NCBI GenBank assembly: GCA_028023455.1
Contig: JAQFVV010000002.1
Span: forward strand, 23,684,001 to 23,748,000
DNA: 64,000 bases
Source of the DNA: Epiperipatus broadwayi
Taxonomy: Eukaryota > Animalia > Onychophora
Direction of reading: 5' to 3'
Position 1 is the first letter of the stretch; every line of letters starts with the position of its first letter. Position numbers and translations under genes: made by a program. The notes beneath the pieces were generated by a model. The model was given only the letters and a program-made list of their open reading frames with translations, was not told the origin of the DNA and ran no database searches. This document shows positions 40,139 through 53,190 of this stretch, one piece after another.

Positions 40139-40439
40139 AGACATTTGTCTTTTATTGTATCTTTATTTGTATGAATTTAAAAATAATGGGGAAGTATGGA
40201 GGTTGTTTAATGTATCCATAAAGATATTACACATGGGAAAGAGAAAGGTGATAACTCCATTTGTGTGTATGTTTAGAATTAAAAAATCAGATATCTTAAT
40301 CTTTAACTGAGGTTTAAAGTTTATATCTGTACTAGAGATAATCTCTAGTTTAGAAAATGATTAGTAATAATCGCTATTGTATTTCTCTGAGGTGGATGGT
40401 GTCAAAATTGTAAGCGGAGGGAGTTTGACAATGGTAAAT

Positions 40440-40775
40440 AAAAATGTAAACATATTTTAATATTAAAACGAAATATAACCCGTGTTGAAAAAAAAAGTTT
40501 TTAATAGATGTGTTTTATTAGTTGTTACTTATGGATCTGAGAATTGAACACCTAACAGAAGAACAATAGAGACTTCAAATCACTTACTAAAGTATGAAGA
40601 TATATTAGGAATAATAAGAAATTGAAACAAATATGTAACAATGATATCATTAAACGAATTAAGACTCCGAAATGGAGCTCAGCTGGACATATTAATTTAA
40701 AAAAGATTGTAATAGATGGACAGAATAGTGGATTAAACTTGGACTTTCATCCTATAGCAGATTGATACTGGTTGA
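40440..40775 (+). mobile_element. RTE-clade 3' fragment, strongly decayed
   Basis: ttacttatggatctgaga...gctggacatat...ggattaaacttgg..cttcatcct matches the other RTE copies. Confidence 0.6.
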
Positions 40776-40949
40776 AACTGATAATTACTAGCCGATATGC
40801 CCACTAATTTATGGGTGATTTTATGTTGTGAATACAATTTTAGTTCATTCATACATCATGGATAAATAAAAAGAATAGAACTAAGGTTAATTGTACCAGT
40901 TAATACTTTTATATGTTAAAAAGTGCAAGGACTTGGTATGACTCAGTGC

Positions 40950-41900
40950 CAAATAACATGAAATAATGCTGCTTACAGATGCTCATGAGGAAATAATTTT
41001 TTTGTACATCAACGCTGGTAACCTTCGAGATTTGGTTTTGTTATTATATATGTTGTCTAATAAGGCAATTACCAAACTGGCTATGGAAAGAACATTTTGA
41101 TCCTCAAATCGAATAATCTTTGCCAACAATAAAATAATTAAAATATTTTTCCTGGCAACAGGCACAATTAGGGACGGGGGGGGGGTTGTTCTGAAATATA
41201 TGCAGAATATTATTACTGCAAGTTGATAAAATATTTACAGACAGTTTATTTCTATTTAATGTTTTAATTAGATATAACTTATTATCCATTATTGCAGTTA
41301 AATATTTTTGATCAACTTTAGATCTGTCTGAATTATCTGGAAGGATCAAAACTTTTCATATTTTTTCCTGATAGTGACATAATAATTTGGTTAACTTCAA
41401 TAAAGGTTGTATCAAAAAGTAATATTTTTATTGCAAGAACAATTTGATCATCAGAACCAGCTTTAAACAATAACAAATTATTTTAAAATGCTTTTATTTG
41501 CTCCCAGGAACAGTTGTTACAATTCAAATTTTCTATACATTATTCCTTTTGAATAGATATATTGGCCTAGGTGTGCATCACTGATAAAATATAAAACCTC
41601 ACTGAAAATGGGGCTATATGAAAAACATAAACAAACAATAAAATTGATCCATTAATTTCTGACTATAACTCGACAAACATTTTATTTTATGCATGTAGAT
41701 ATGTATCTACAACACACATATACTGATATGAAGATATCTTCTTGACACCACATTAGCAGTACAGTATATGAAGCTGGTGTTTAAACCAAAGGGTTTAAAA
41801 TTATGGGTTATCATCAAAACTTTGTCAGTAGAAGTGACATTTATGAAAATGTCTGCAATGTTGATATACATCCCACATGTATGAATGGATTTCACTCCAT
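40950..41900 (-). mobile_element. L1/Tx1-like reverse transcriptase remnant
   Basis: Decayed motifs STDKVL..FKPFGLNTSFI (cf. AFDKV..FGF) and LLLFKAGSDDQIVL (cf. YADD). Many stops and frameshifts. Confidence 0.5.
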
Positions 41901-42344
41901 GAGATAGTTAAAATAATTATGTAGAAAAAGATTTAGATAATATATAATTATTTGGAAGGGGAATACATGTTTAAAAATTAAAGAAGAAACTGGATATTTT
42001 GATCATGAAAATTATTTTTTACAATGTATGGAAAGGTAAAATATTGACAACTAAGTATTTGCATTTGTAATATAAATTAAGATTGTTTTAAAATTAAATT
42101 TACAAAATATTAAAAATTATAGTTTGGTATTAAAAATTTAAATGTGCAAGTTAATGCACCTGTTTATGAAAATGATTTTAAAAAATGGCAATTAATAGAT
42201 TAGGACCAGTGACACTAAATGACATCTTTGACATAGATAATAAACTTATTATAAATAGTATTGACTGAGATGTAACTATTGAATTAACATTGGATTAGCG
42301 TTAAGCTGCAAAGAGAAATTGGAAAGAATTTATATATTATATAC

Positions 42345-42789
42345 CAGGGGTGGCCAACTTTTGTGTTCACAAGATGTACTTTTTATTTTAAAAATGTGTT
42401 GCGATCGACTTGTCATAGCATAGTCTAAGTGGAGGGAGATGTGAAATAGTACTATTTATATATATATCTAGTAAAAAATAACAATTATTTAATGGGCCAA
42501 AAAACTCATATCCGGGGGGGGGGGGACTTAATGCAACATGAATAATTATTATTAATTCAAATTAGCTACATTAAATCAAGATTAAAAATATTATTTTCAG
42601 TAATGATACGACTTAGTGGACTTCACCTATCTAGAATTGAAAAAAAAATTTAGAACAAAAAACTTGAAAATCTTGATTTAATTTGTTTCATTCATTACCC
42701 GACAGCTCTTGCCAGATTGGCCTTGCGATCAATCAAAAATGGCTTTGCAATTGACTGGTGGATCACGATCGACTTGTTGGACACCCCTC
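42345..42789. mobile_element. hAT MITE
   Basis: TIRs caggggtggccaac and gttggacacccct, subterminal gcgatcgac repeats, flanks (t/c)tatatac. Confidence 0.8.
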
Positions 42790-43229
42790 TATATACCATT
42801 ATCCAAGCTATCAATAATTATTCGCTGCAGCAGTTGAATTGTAGCATTCCAACATCATATCTTAACTTTAAGGATAAACTACCAGAATGACTAGCCAATG
42901 GCAGTCTTCTTTGGGATGTTATTTTACCCCTAGCCATGTAATCTTGCTCAGGAGTTTATAACAAGTTTAATCCCAGAAGTGCTATAATTGGAGATGGTTC
43001 AAAGATCTTATGCTCCAGAGTCTAACACTTAGCCACTGCACTAAACACTGCAGAGCAACTTGTAATAAATGTGAAGGATGAACATCCAGGTAAATCTTAG
43101 AATGCCTAAAAAATTAGCTGTCATCATTTGCTAACTAGTGAGTTTATAAAAAAAAAAATAGATTTGTCCAAAATGTTGTCTTTCACAAGATGTTGAATCC
43201 TAAAAAAAAATATCATCAGAACTTTAGTA

Positions 43230-43322
43230 AACAGGCAAAACTTTCCATACAGCACTTTGTCTGTTTAATAAGTTATGAGCAAGCATTAGAAATGGTGATC
43301 ATGTGATGCTCAGTGGTTTAAC
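43230..43322 (+). mobile_element. Family B short copy
   Basis: Inverted cap aacaggcaaaactttcc and tail ...gtgatcatgtgatgctcagtggttt. TSD aactttagta at 43220-43229 and 43323-43332. Confidence 0.8.
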
Positions 43323-43659
43323 AACTTTAGTAGTAAAGAAGACTTGATATATGACTGTCATTAGGATCAACATTAAAAATATATTGCTAATTTTGAGAGT
43401 TCTATTAAAATTCTACAAAATATACAAACTATAAACTGTAAATCAGGGATGAGAATTCTTTAGTAGGACAAAGGTCAGTTGTAATTTTGCCCAATTGTTG
43501 TGGTCTATCACCTATATATTATTCCACAATAATTACAAATATTAATTTATGATCAAAAAAATTTTATTAAAAAAATCAATATATTAATTCCAAGTAGAGG
43601 CTTAAAATTTCTTAGGTTGTCAAAAATTTGCGCATGCTATCAGCTAATCTTGAATATTT

Positions 43660-45060
43660 AGGTATATAATTACTACTCATGCATAGAATTCTAAATATTC
43701 TCAAGATAAAATGAGATTTTAATTTAATCATATTTGTCAAAATATAGACTTGCATAGGTACATAGCACAACACTTTAAACTAAGTGCAACTTTTTAAAAA
43801 ATTGGATTTTTTTTTCTGCAGACTAAACTTCAAAAGCGATTTTTAGGTCCTGAACTGTGCATTTATAAAATTCTTGCTTTGCAAAATTTCATTATCCTCC
43901 ACAGATAAAGAAAATGATTAGTTATATTTTCAATCATTTGTTCACTCATGAAGGTAATTAATTATTGATTCTAGTCTGAATTCTTAAAAACATCTCTCAA
44001 ATTCAAAAGGCAGTTGTATTTATTTTGTGGAATATACTTTCATTTTTGATAATTTGTCAAATATTTTTGGACAAATAACAGCTTTATTTTAAAAAGTACA
44101 ATTATTTCAGCTATTATTTTGTTTCTACCATGAAATGGTTAATTTTGAAGATAAATCCTTAAAAGTAGACTTCTTTTGAGATTAAAAATCAAACATTGAA
44201 ATATAACAATTCATTGTACTTAGAATCATTTTTTAATTGAACACTTAAACATTTATTTCTGAAGATTTTTTTAAAATCTCAAATGGGTTCAATTTTATGC
44301 AGATTCCCACAGTGACATATTTAGAATTTTGTAACAAGTGGATTGCTGATAAAAAAATGCAATGATACAAAAGAAAATCAGAAAAATTATCCCTGGTATA
44401 CATAATTAAAAATCCACTATTCTAATTATTGATAGCTCCTATTAGTTATCATTGATCCAAATTTTTTTCCTCTTCTACATATTTTGAAAACACTGCAAAT
44501 ATCATTTTTGATATTTATATCCTAAAAAATCTTTCATATAAAAATACAAAGATGAAAAATATTAAGTAATGTCGAGATTCTTAAAACTATAAGAAAAACA
44601 AATGCAGCTAGTTATATCTTGTTCAACTATATGATGTGTAACAGATTTACTAAAACTTGTATGTCTTTAATTGTGAAAATATTTCAATTTTGTTCTCGAA
44701 TAGAATTGCTGGTTTCTAGAAATTTTTATTATTTCTCCATCTGCAAAAGATTTATATTTTGTTAACACATAATTCACACAAAATGATGTTACTATTGCAG
44801 CGATAGATTTAAAAATGGGTTTTAAAAAATGATGTTAACTGGTTGCGATTTAAATTTTTTTGTTTGCATAATTTGCTTTTTAACAGCAAATCTTTATCAA
44901 AGCTGGCATGCATGGTTTTCAAATATCTTTCAACATTTTCTTTAGTGATACACTTGCATGATATATATCAAACACTTTGCATTCATCATTGTAAAAAATA
45001 CTGTTCTTCCCATTCTGTATTAAAAGTATGCCCATATTTTTTTTTACCTGACATTACCTC
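43660..45060 (-). mobile_element. Old hAT transposase remnant (GTF2IRD2/EPM2AIP1-like)
   Basis: Fragments FNTEWEEQYFF, K.NVERY.KTMH, KSFADGEIIK, LYHCI..QQ and MYLCKSIF occur in hAT order. Heavily frameshifted. Confidence 0.7.
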
Positions 45061-46337
45061 TTTTAAAATGCTATTTTTAAAAGATGAATGCCTTAAATCA
45101 TGCATCTGCCACAACAAAAGTTAATGGCTTCATGATTAACTGAATATATTTAATGCTGCCCATTGCACCTTTGCTTTGAGTAGAGAATGCATTTTGAATG
45201 AAGACATGTGTCATCAGGCCAATTCATTAGCTAGTTTGTTCAACTATACAAAGCCACTTTATTTGTGAAGGGCTGATTCTTGCCTGTTGCAACCATATAT
45301 GTGTAAAAATGTATTTCTTTTATGTACTGCTATCTAATCTAAGTTAATATAATTCAGATGGTCATTCTCTTGATAGTTCGTCAGATGACTACCATTCGCA
45401 TCTTGCCTACCCTGGATGCAGATGAAAATTTAAATTTTTATAAAGCATATATATTAAAATATCTTATTACTTAAATTATTAACTTTGAACATTTTTTTGT
45501 CATTTTAATATTCATAATTATTGTTTCTAAATTTATTTGTGATTTTTAAAATATCTTGATGAAATATCCATTAATTTGAGCATAAGAATCAAGGTGAAAC
45601 ATACTCTTAACATTTTTGTTATAAATTATGCAGATGTAGCTTTTATATATTTCTTGGACAAAGTGTTCTGAGTTGATATTTGTTGTATATTAAATTTTTG
45701 TGTTAAGTAATCTTTGTTCTCCAATATATATATATGGCGAATGTCTGGTCATACTAGTCTGTTATATTCTGAAGGCTGTATTAGGCCCCCAGAGAATATA
45801 AACAATGGGCTCATGTTAGAAAAGTACTGAATTATAGTAGAACCAAGCTATCTAAGGAATTGGATATTGGTGCACTCATAAAATGACTAATTACACTAGA
45901 AATAAAGCAATGACCGGATGTTACCATACAATCTTTCATTATATATATTCCCAGTTGTGGAAATTTTGTGTCCCAAAAAAAATGTAAAATATCATACCAA
46001 CATATAGTTATAGATATACATGTTCATGTTACATCACCATTCATTCAAAAAATAGAGTTCATAATTTCATTTTAAATGTTTGCTTAATTTATAAATTACT
46101 AATTCAAAGTCAATTAGCAAAAATTAATCAAGGCAAAAAAAAAAAATCTGTATATTACTCAATTTAATAAAAGATTTGTTTAAATGGAATGAGATAAACT
46201 TTATATAAATATATTTTTGATTATAAAATAATTAAAAAGACTAATAATATATTGTATTCATCACTCTTGGTTTCCTGTTTTTTCTGGATTAGCTATTTTA
46301 TCACATTTAAAGTCATTTTGTGGTAGTAAAAATAAAG

Positions 46338-47850
46338 TATTTGTGATGATGCTGTTTTCATGATCTAATATTAAATATCTTTAGAAAAAAATTCAAACTT
46401 TATTTAAACTTTCCAAATACATTCATCTGTTAGTAATAGATGTTAATATATAATTTTAATTGGTATTATTCTATTTCCTTTCTTCAGGTATCATTGGCCT
46501 GACCAGTAACGATACTAGCATAGGAATCAAACCTTAACTTTTAGATTCATGAAATATTGAATTTAAGGTAATACTCCAATAGATTATTAACATTCTTTAC
46601 ATCATACTTTCAATAAAACACAGAATCCTTCCAACAAAACCAAGAAATGACCATGAACTCACTCCTAATTAGAAACATTTACATGGAAGAAGTTGAAACC
46701 ACAATCATAAAAACTACTTCATATCTACCTAAAGTTTGGCTTTGTATTGAAGGACCATTTATTATATGACCACATGGTTAAGAACTATTACAAGCATTTT
46801 TATCAACAAATCTTCTTCAATTAAATTCTTAATGGAATCAGAACAAGAACAAAAATTGACATTTTTAGATGTCCTTGTGACAAGACTCCCTCATGGGAAA
46901 ATCAAAACTAGTTTATAGATCCCTATCCATCAGAAAGAACTTATATTAACTATTCACTCATACCAGAAACAAACATGGAGTTATATTAGCACTATGGAAG
47001 AATAAAAGTTTGTTCAGAAACTAGTAATTTGGAAAAAGAAAACATTTACATATAATAAACTTTCATAAAAGTGGTTATCCATCAGTTAAACAACAAAAAG
47101 GAATATAACAAAATATTGTTATTGTAATGAATCCATATCTATCAGGAATAGCAGACAAACTAAAAAAAAATCTGAAATCCATATAACATCAGAACAGCTT
47201 TCCAAAGCTACATCACATTATAAAGGAATTCTAACATCTATAAAATTTAAACATGAAATGTTGAAAAGCAAAAACTGCATCTACAATATATATAAAATGT
47301 ACATTGATGAGACCAGTCATCCCATTAAAAATTGATTGAAAAAGCACAAACTGATAATTAGAAGAGAAAGCAGACATATCTAAAGTACCAGACCATGTAT
47401 GTACTAATGATCATATGTCGAGTAGGAGAATACACAAATATTAGAGGAAAAAGTACAAAGAAGAAAATTCAAAGATGCTACTTGCATAGTAATTACTCCA
47501 TAAGCCAGCATAGTGTAATAATTCATGTCTGGAAGCCACTAATTAACTTTGTTCTTAGAAAAAAAAAAGAGAACCGAGGACCTCTAGACAAATATGAGAT
47601 TTCTACTTATTCTTACCTTTGGAAAAATAGTTTAGGTAATTAGAGCATCATTTTAATTTAATATTCTTCAAACTTAAATGTCTAAGTTTGATTACCATGC
47701 TAGTGCTGTCACTAGTCAGGCTACCAATCCTTGGAGAAAATAACATTACTCAGGATATTGTTTTATATTAACTTGTACGATACTATTTTAATTTTTTTTT
47801 CTAAAAACATTAAATATTTAATATTGGATAATGAAAAATCTAGTATATAC
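46338..47850 (+). mobile_element. PLE P1 locus b: inverted pLTR, RT/GIY-YIG ORF remnant, direct pLTR
   Basis: Minus family A at 46338-46585. Decayed RT (QQNQ..M..NIYMEEVE...KLTFLDVLVTR) and GIY-YIG (KNCIY..MYIDETS..HK) at ~46600-47560. Plus family A at ~47625-47850. Confidence 0.8.
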
Positions 47851-48469
47851 TTTAAAAGAACTACTGTGCAGTACTGTATAATTAAGCAACAATTATAATT
47901 TATTTAAAATGTTATTTATAAAAAAAATACTGCGACATAAATGAAACTTCATAATTATACTGTAATAATTTTGTACAATATTATAAACACTTCTATATGA
48001 AGTGAAGATTGGAAATGCATTTTTGTTACATAACCCTCAAAAAGTAATCACGAAATACATTTAGTGGTCTAGCGTTGTTTAACATTTGACTACTGAAGAG
48101 AGCACTTTGCACTGGAAATGCATTTAAAAATTTAACTAAACTATTTTTAAATTTTTTACTCTGCATAAGAATCATTTTAATTAATTAAAAAGTCTTAAAT
48201 ATATATCACTTGTTATTTTATTATTTTAAAAAATATATTTTCAAGGCAAAACTACTTTTTATATTTCATTTTAACTCAACATAACTCTTTTTATTCTAAG
48301 GAAAAGTTCATTTATTCTTATTCAGTGACGGATGTACATTTCAATGATTCCTTGATTAAACAATCCAATAACTCAACTTGTCAATTTCAGCTTGTTTTTA
48401 CTTTTTTATAACAGACGTAGCTGACAAACCAGTAAAAAGTGTATAACTCCCAAAGCTTGACGCAAGAGT

Positions 48470-49085
48470 TATTGAATAATAAAAAAATAGGATTAAAGAT
48501 AAATGCTGAAAACACGAAAATAATGTTCAGTGGATTTTTTCCAGAAGAAAATAAACATTGATAATGATGAATTAGAAGATTACAACTACAAATATCTTGA
48601 TCAATTTATTAATACTGATGAAAACATAATGGATAAAATTAATCCAAAAATTAAATTTGGACTGAGTTTTTAATACAAAAATTTAATATTAAAAGGAAAT
48701 ACATCTATATGTTTGAATTTTTTATTATCAATTCTCATTTATGGATCTAAGACTTGGAGTCTTAACAGTATGGAAAGATATATGTGAAAAATAATTAGGA
48801 AAGATCGAAAATGAAATAGATGAATTAAAGACCAATCAGATATCACTGACGTCATTGAAAGAATTAAAGACTGAAATGGAGTTGGATTAGAAATATTGCT
48901 AGAAGAGATAATATATAGATAGTTGAAATCTTAAACTAGATCTCAAGAGATTGTAAAAAATTAGAGAAAGACAATATGTATGATAAATGAAATAAGAAAC
49001 TTTGCTGGTATGCTCTGAAGAACAGAGGCTAGAAACAAGAGAAACTGGACTAAACTTGGAAAGACTATCTTTGCAGTGGATTGAT
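48470..49085 (+). mobile_element. RTE-clade LINE 3' fragment
   Basis: GLKINAENTKIMF...KYLDQ..., then the shared RTE 3' end. Confidence 0.75.
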
Positions 49086-50025
49086 AATTATTAAAAATGA
49101 TAAACAGAACCACCATTATCCAATTTTTTTGAACAATTCAATATTTTCATCACTAATTACAAAGAAGACTTGCAATTGTTTTTGCATGGTAATTCATGAC
49201 CTGTTAAATAAGCAGAAATTACATTATTGAAAAATTATTCCTATATACTACAAATTATAACAAGTACAATAAAAATATATTAATGCTAAGGGAATCATTA
49301 TGCTTATAATAACTTTAGGCTTTAATATAAATGCATAATTATGGCAGGCAGTTTGACACAGGAATGTTCAATTTGGGATTGGGAAGTCCCAGAAATGATT
49401 CTGGCACTCGAATTTCTTATGAATTCCTGAGAAATAAAGCCATTAATATTCTTTTTTATTGCATGGAGTGAAAATTTTAAATGCGTTTTCAGTGCAGAAT
49501 TTCTTTGAAAGCAATTAGAAAATAATGTTAGACCATAATAAATTTAATGATTTAACATATTATTCCTCTATTATTTACTTTTTGATGAGAGTACTCTGAA
49601 CTGGAAATACATTTTATTAAATTCAACTGTTTCATCATTAGTTACAAAACAAAAATACTTGTGACTGTTAGGATTATATTTCATGGCTTCTATTAATAAG
49701 CATAAAATATAGTATTGAACTAAGCATTTACTTATATGCACAATGATTTGCAGCAACTATAATAAAAAATATACCAATGCAAACTGCATCAGTCATTACA
49801 CACATCATAATCATCATGCATGATTTGCATATGATGATGGGTGGTAGAAATTGCCTAATAAGAGGATCCATTAGCAAAGCATTCTACTTGTGTTACATAA
49901 AATTGTCATTTTAACATTTATGTTATTTGTTACAAAGATAAATAAAAGATATAGACACAAACATAATTTTATTAAAATAATTTATTAAAATTCGACAACA
50001 ACGAAAAACTTCAGAAAAGTTAATA

Positions 50026-50114
50026 CTAGCTGATCATCATTTCAGGAAGGTGTAAAGATGGTGAATCAAACAGCAAAGATCTTGAGGGTGGACTGGAACT
50101 GGCATCAGATGTGG
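50026..50114 (-). CDS. Candidate terminal coding exon of an unidentified host gene
   Basis: Acceptor ttatctttaattaAG, phase-1 frame (A)TSDASSSPPSRSLLFDSPSLHLPEMMIS*, and two AATAAA 40-55 nt downstream (49981-49986, 49968-49973). Confidence 0.35.
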
Positions 50115-50389
50115 CTTAATTAAAGATAACCAAATTTAAAAAAATACAAAATGCATTATATATAAAACAATATTATGTGTAATAAAATACTCCACCAAAA
50201 TATATAGGAATGGTAAACATACTAAAAGCTAAATACAATTAAATACTTATTTATATAATTAAAATTATATGAGTTTAATAATTTTTGTAGGATGTATTCT
50301 AGTTTTGTTATGCATATATATAATATTTAATATTTTCATGCTTATATGATGCAAGCAAAGTATTTTGGGATTAAACCATGTATTATTTG

Positions 50390-50683
50390 GTATTACCTCC
50401 CACGTTTGACAAAATAACATCTCTCATTTTCAAGGTCAAGTTTTTACAGAAAAACCGTTTGATCTCAAATAGTAAGGAGATTGAGTGTGAGATAGAGAAT
50501 GAACATGAAACTGAAGAAAATAAATATTTTATTAATCTACATATTCTGAATATTCAATTACTTCATGCTCATTCTCTACCTTACACTCAATCTCGTTATT
50601 ACTTGAGATTTAACAAGTTTTGTTTAAAAACGTGATCTTGAAAATGGCGGATATTACTTCATCAAAACCTTGTGAAGTAATAC
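50390..50683. repeat. Diverged fold-back (MITE-like) inverted repeat
   Basis: Arms of ~120 bp (50390-50510 / 50561-50683), roughly 70-75% identical by eye, with a 50-nt spacer. Confidence 0.75.
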
Positions 50684-51512
50684 AAAATAATAAACAGTTT
50701 AACTGCCAAACTACTTTGTTTTCATATATATATAAGCATAATCAATTAGTACAAAAAATGACAAGCTTTTGTTTTTTAAAAGAAAAAAAAATCGTTGAAA
50801 ACTTCCAAGTAATATAATAAGGCATTTTAACTCCCAGATCCAATATAAATCATTCACTCTCTAAATCTATGCCAAAAATATCTTTTAACAACACCATTTT
50901 ACTAATTATTAAAAGTTACTGAAAGTCTTATTAATTTTAAAATAATTATCTGAAAAAAATCAGTAGAACCTATAATGGACTACTTACTTTAGGTCTTTCA
51001 GTAGCTGTCAACAATTAAATAAATATTCCATCATCACATATTATATTTATTAAATAATAATACTGCTAAAACATTTCTATATCATATTTGATAAATGAGA
51101 TATTTAAATCCGTAATTGACATTTCTTAATATGGATTTTTATCCATATAAATTTTTTTGTTGAAATCCGTGAGAATTGTGAATAAACACATTTGATTAAA
51201 AATAATGATCTTACTAAACTTTCCTTACAAAATTTTCATATATATAGCATATCATTGGGAATATATTGATACTGATTACGATAAAATAATGAATACTGGA
51301 ATATACATTTAGTCGCAGATAACGATCCTATTCAACTTTTAATTGAATAAACATTATTATGTGCATTATCAGAAGACCGTTTGCTAATGAACTTAGATGA
51401 CATAAGTAAACTGACTAAAATAGAATAACCCAAGTTTATACTTTAATTTATCAACACAACAAAAAATTACTTAATTTTGGTGACCCACCCATATGCTTAA
51501 CTTTATATATAT

Positions 51513-51905
51513 AAGGTACTTGAACTCAGACTTTTACACATACATACAATCACTGCTCAGTTAGTATTAAGATAGCAACTCTTCAAACTTTAATGGACAA
51601 GTTTCAATCTTTACCATTTCCAACTCTACAACTATCCTATCATTGAAAATCCGAAGAGATTGAAGCTTTCCCATTGAAGTTTGAAGAGTTGCTTTCTTAA
51701 TATTAACTGATCTATGATTGTATATATGTGTGTGAAATGTTGATCTGGACCAAATGATGAGTGCTGGTTCAGCATGAAATACCTATATTGGAGATCATTT
51801 ATCTTTTTCACATGTATGTGGTCATGTGTATCAGTTGTATAAGTTGGATTGGATAGCTGTAGGGTGTTTGAAAGTCTGAGTTCAAGTCCCTTATAATTAC
51901 ATTAA
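51513..51905 (+). mobile_element. Family G copy with inverted cap and hammerhead motif
   Basis: Cap aaggtacttgaactcagact is the inverse of agtctgagttcaagtccctt (~51875-51892). Hammerhead at 51750-51791: CCAA-ATGATGA-GTGCT-GGTTC-AGCAT-GAA-ATA-CC-TAT-A-TTGG. Confidence 0.65.
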
Positions 51906-51964
51906 GTTTAGTATAGACTATACATATATTTAAATAGTATATATATATTCATAGTGTATATATA

Positions 51965-53190
51965 TACATAATTACTAGAAAACAGTCAACACTTAGACAA
52001 TCTCAATATCAGGAACAATCAACAATCTTAAATTGTTGTTAAGACAATCTTTTTTTTAATATTAATAATACTATACTACTAGTAGTAAATAAATCAGAAA
52101 ATCATATAACATTATATATTAGTTAAAAAAAATTCATACTAACATTCTCTAATGACCAAGATTTAGTCTATTAACTAATAGACCTTTTCAAGTGAAATTT
52201 ATATATAAAAACAGAAATAATCTCCATAAATCATTTCAAAAATCACCCATCTTTAATATCAAAGGAAGTTTTTATGAGAGTAATGGTCTTAGATTCAAGA
52301 GTTAACGAAATTTAATAATAAATCTTAAATTTGAGGTCATCAATCTCATGAAAATTTCTTTTGATATTATAGGTGGATGGTTTTGAAATGATTTACGGAA
52401 AAGTTATTCCTATTATATATATATATATAAATAAAATATCCGGGTTCATCTATGTATCATTTATTGTAATAAAATGTCTTATTAGTTAATGGCTATAATA
52501 ATGAACGTATACACTAAGATTTAATTCAAGTTGTAAATAATCAAAATAATAAAAAAAGAAGGAACAATTATTAGAGTATGTATTTCTTATATAAAAGGAA
52601 CTACAGACAATAATGGACATATTCTGAAACACTGCAATATAAAACCAGCATATATTACTTATCTAAAGATTAATGGTATTCTATGCAAGCCTAAAAACTC
52701 AATTCCTCATGCAAGTTCATGGAGTTTATGAAATTTCATGTGGCATTTGTAAAGCTTTTTATGTAGGTACAGGCAATTGTCACATCAGTATTAGAAGAGA
52801 AGAACATGTTAATGCAGTTAAGTGGCACTCATCAATCATCAGCACTATCTCACCATGCTATTGACACAGGTCATAGTATTGACTTTTCTAACACCAGAAT
52901 ATCTAAATGTGGCATAAAGTCAGATCAAAGAAGCCATTGAGATTCTTAAAAAATAATTGTATCAATAAACATGATGATATATACAAATTATCTTCTATTT
53001 GGCAGAATTTTTTTAAAAAATCATTAATCGAAATAATTTCTGATGTTTATTATTTGTTTTCTATTGGTAGAACATTTAGTATTGTTATACATCAATGTTT
53101 ATAGCTCCTCTACAACTATTTTCATAATATTTATTACCTATTTAGTTGATAAGCAGCATGACCCAGCCAATACATTGGTATATATTTTTG
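51965..53190 (+). mobile_element. PLE lineage P2 locus: inverted pLTR end and GIY-YIG remnant
   Basis: 51965-52070 matches the P2 pLTR end at 25865-25965, in opposite orientation to the ORF. 52570-53040 reads HGVYEISCGICKAFYVGT...IRREEH...HAIDTGHSIDFSNT...KEAIEI...KLSSIW. Confidence 0.75.

Noticed and set aside
42860-43055. Third tRNA-like SINE (A-box-like tagtgcagtgg also near 18270 and 38035)
   Set aside because: Similarity is limited to ~30 nt, and no shared body or TSD could be confirmed.
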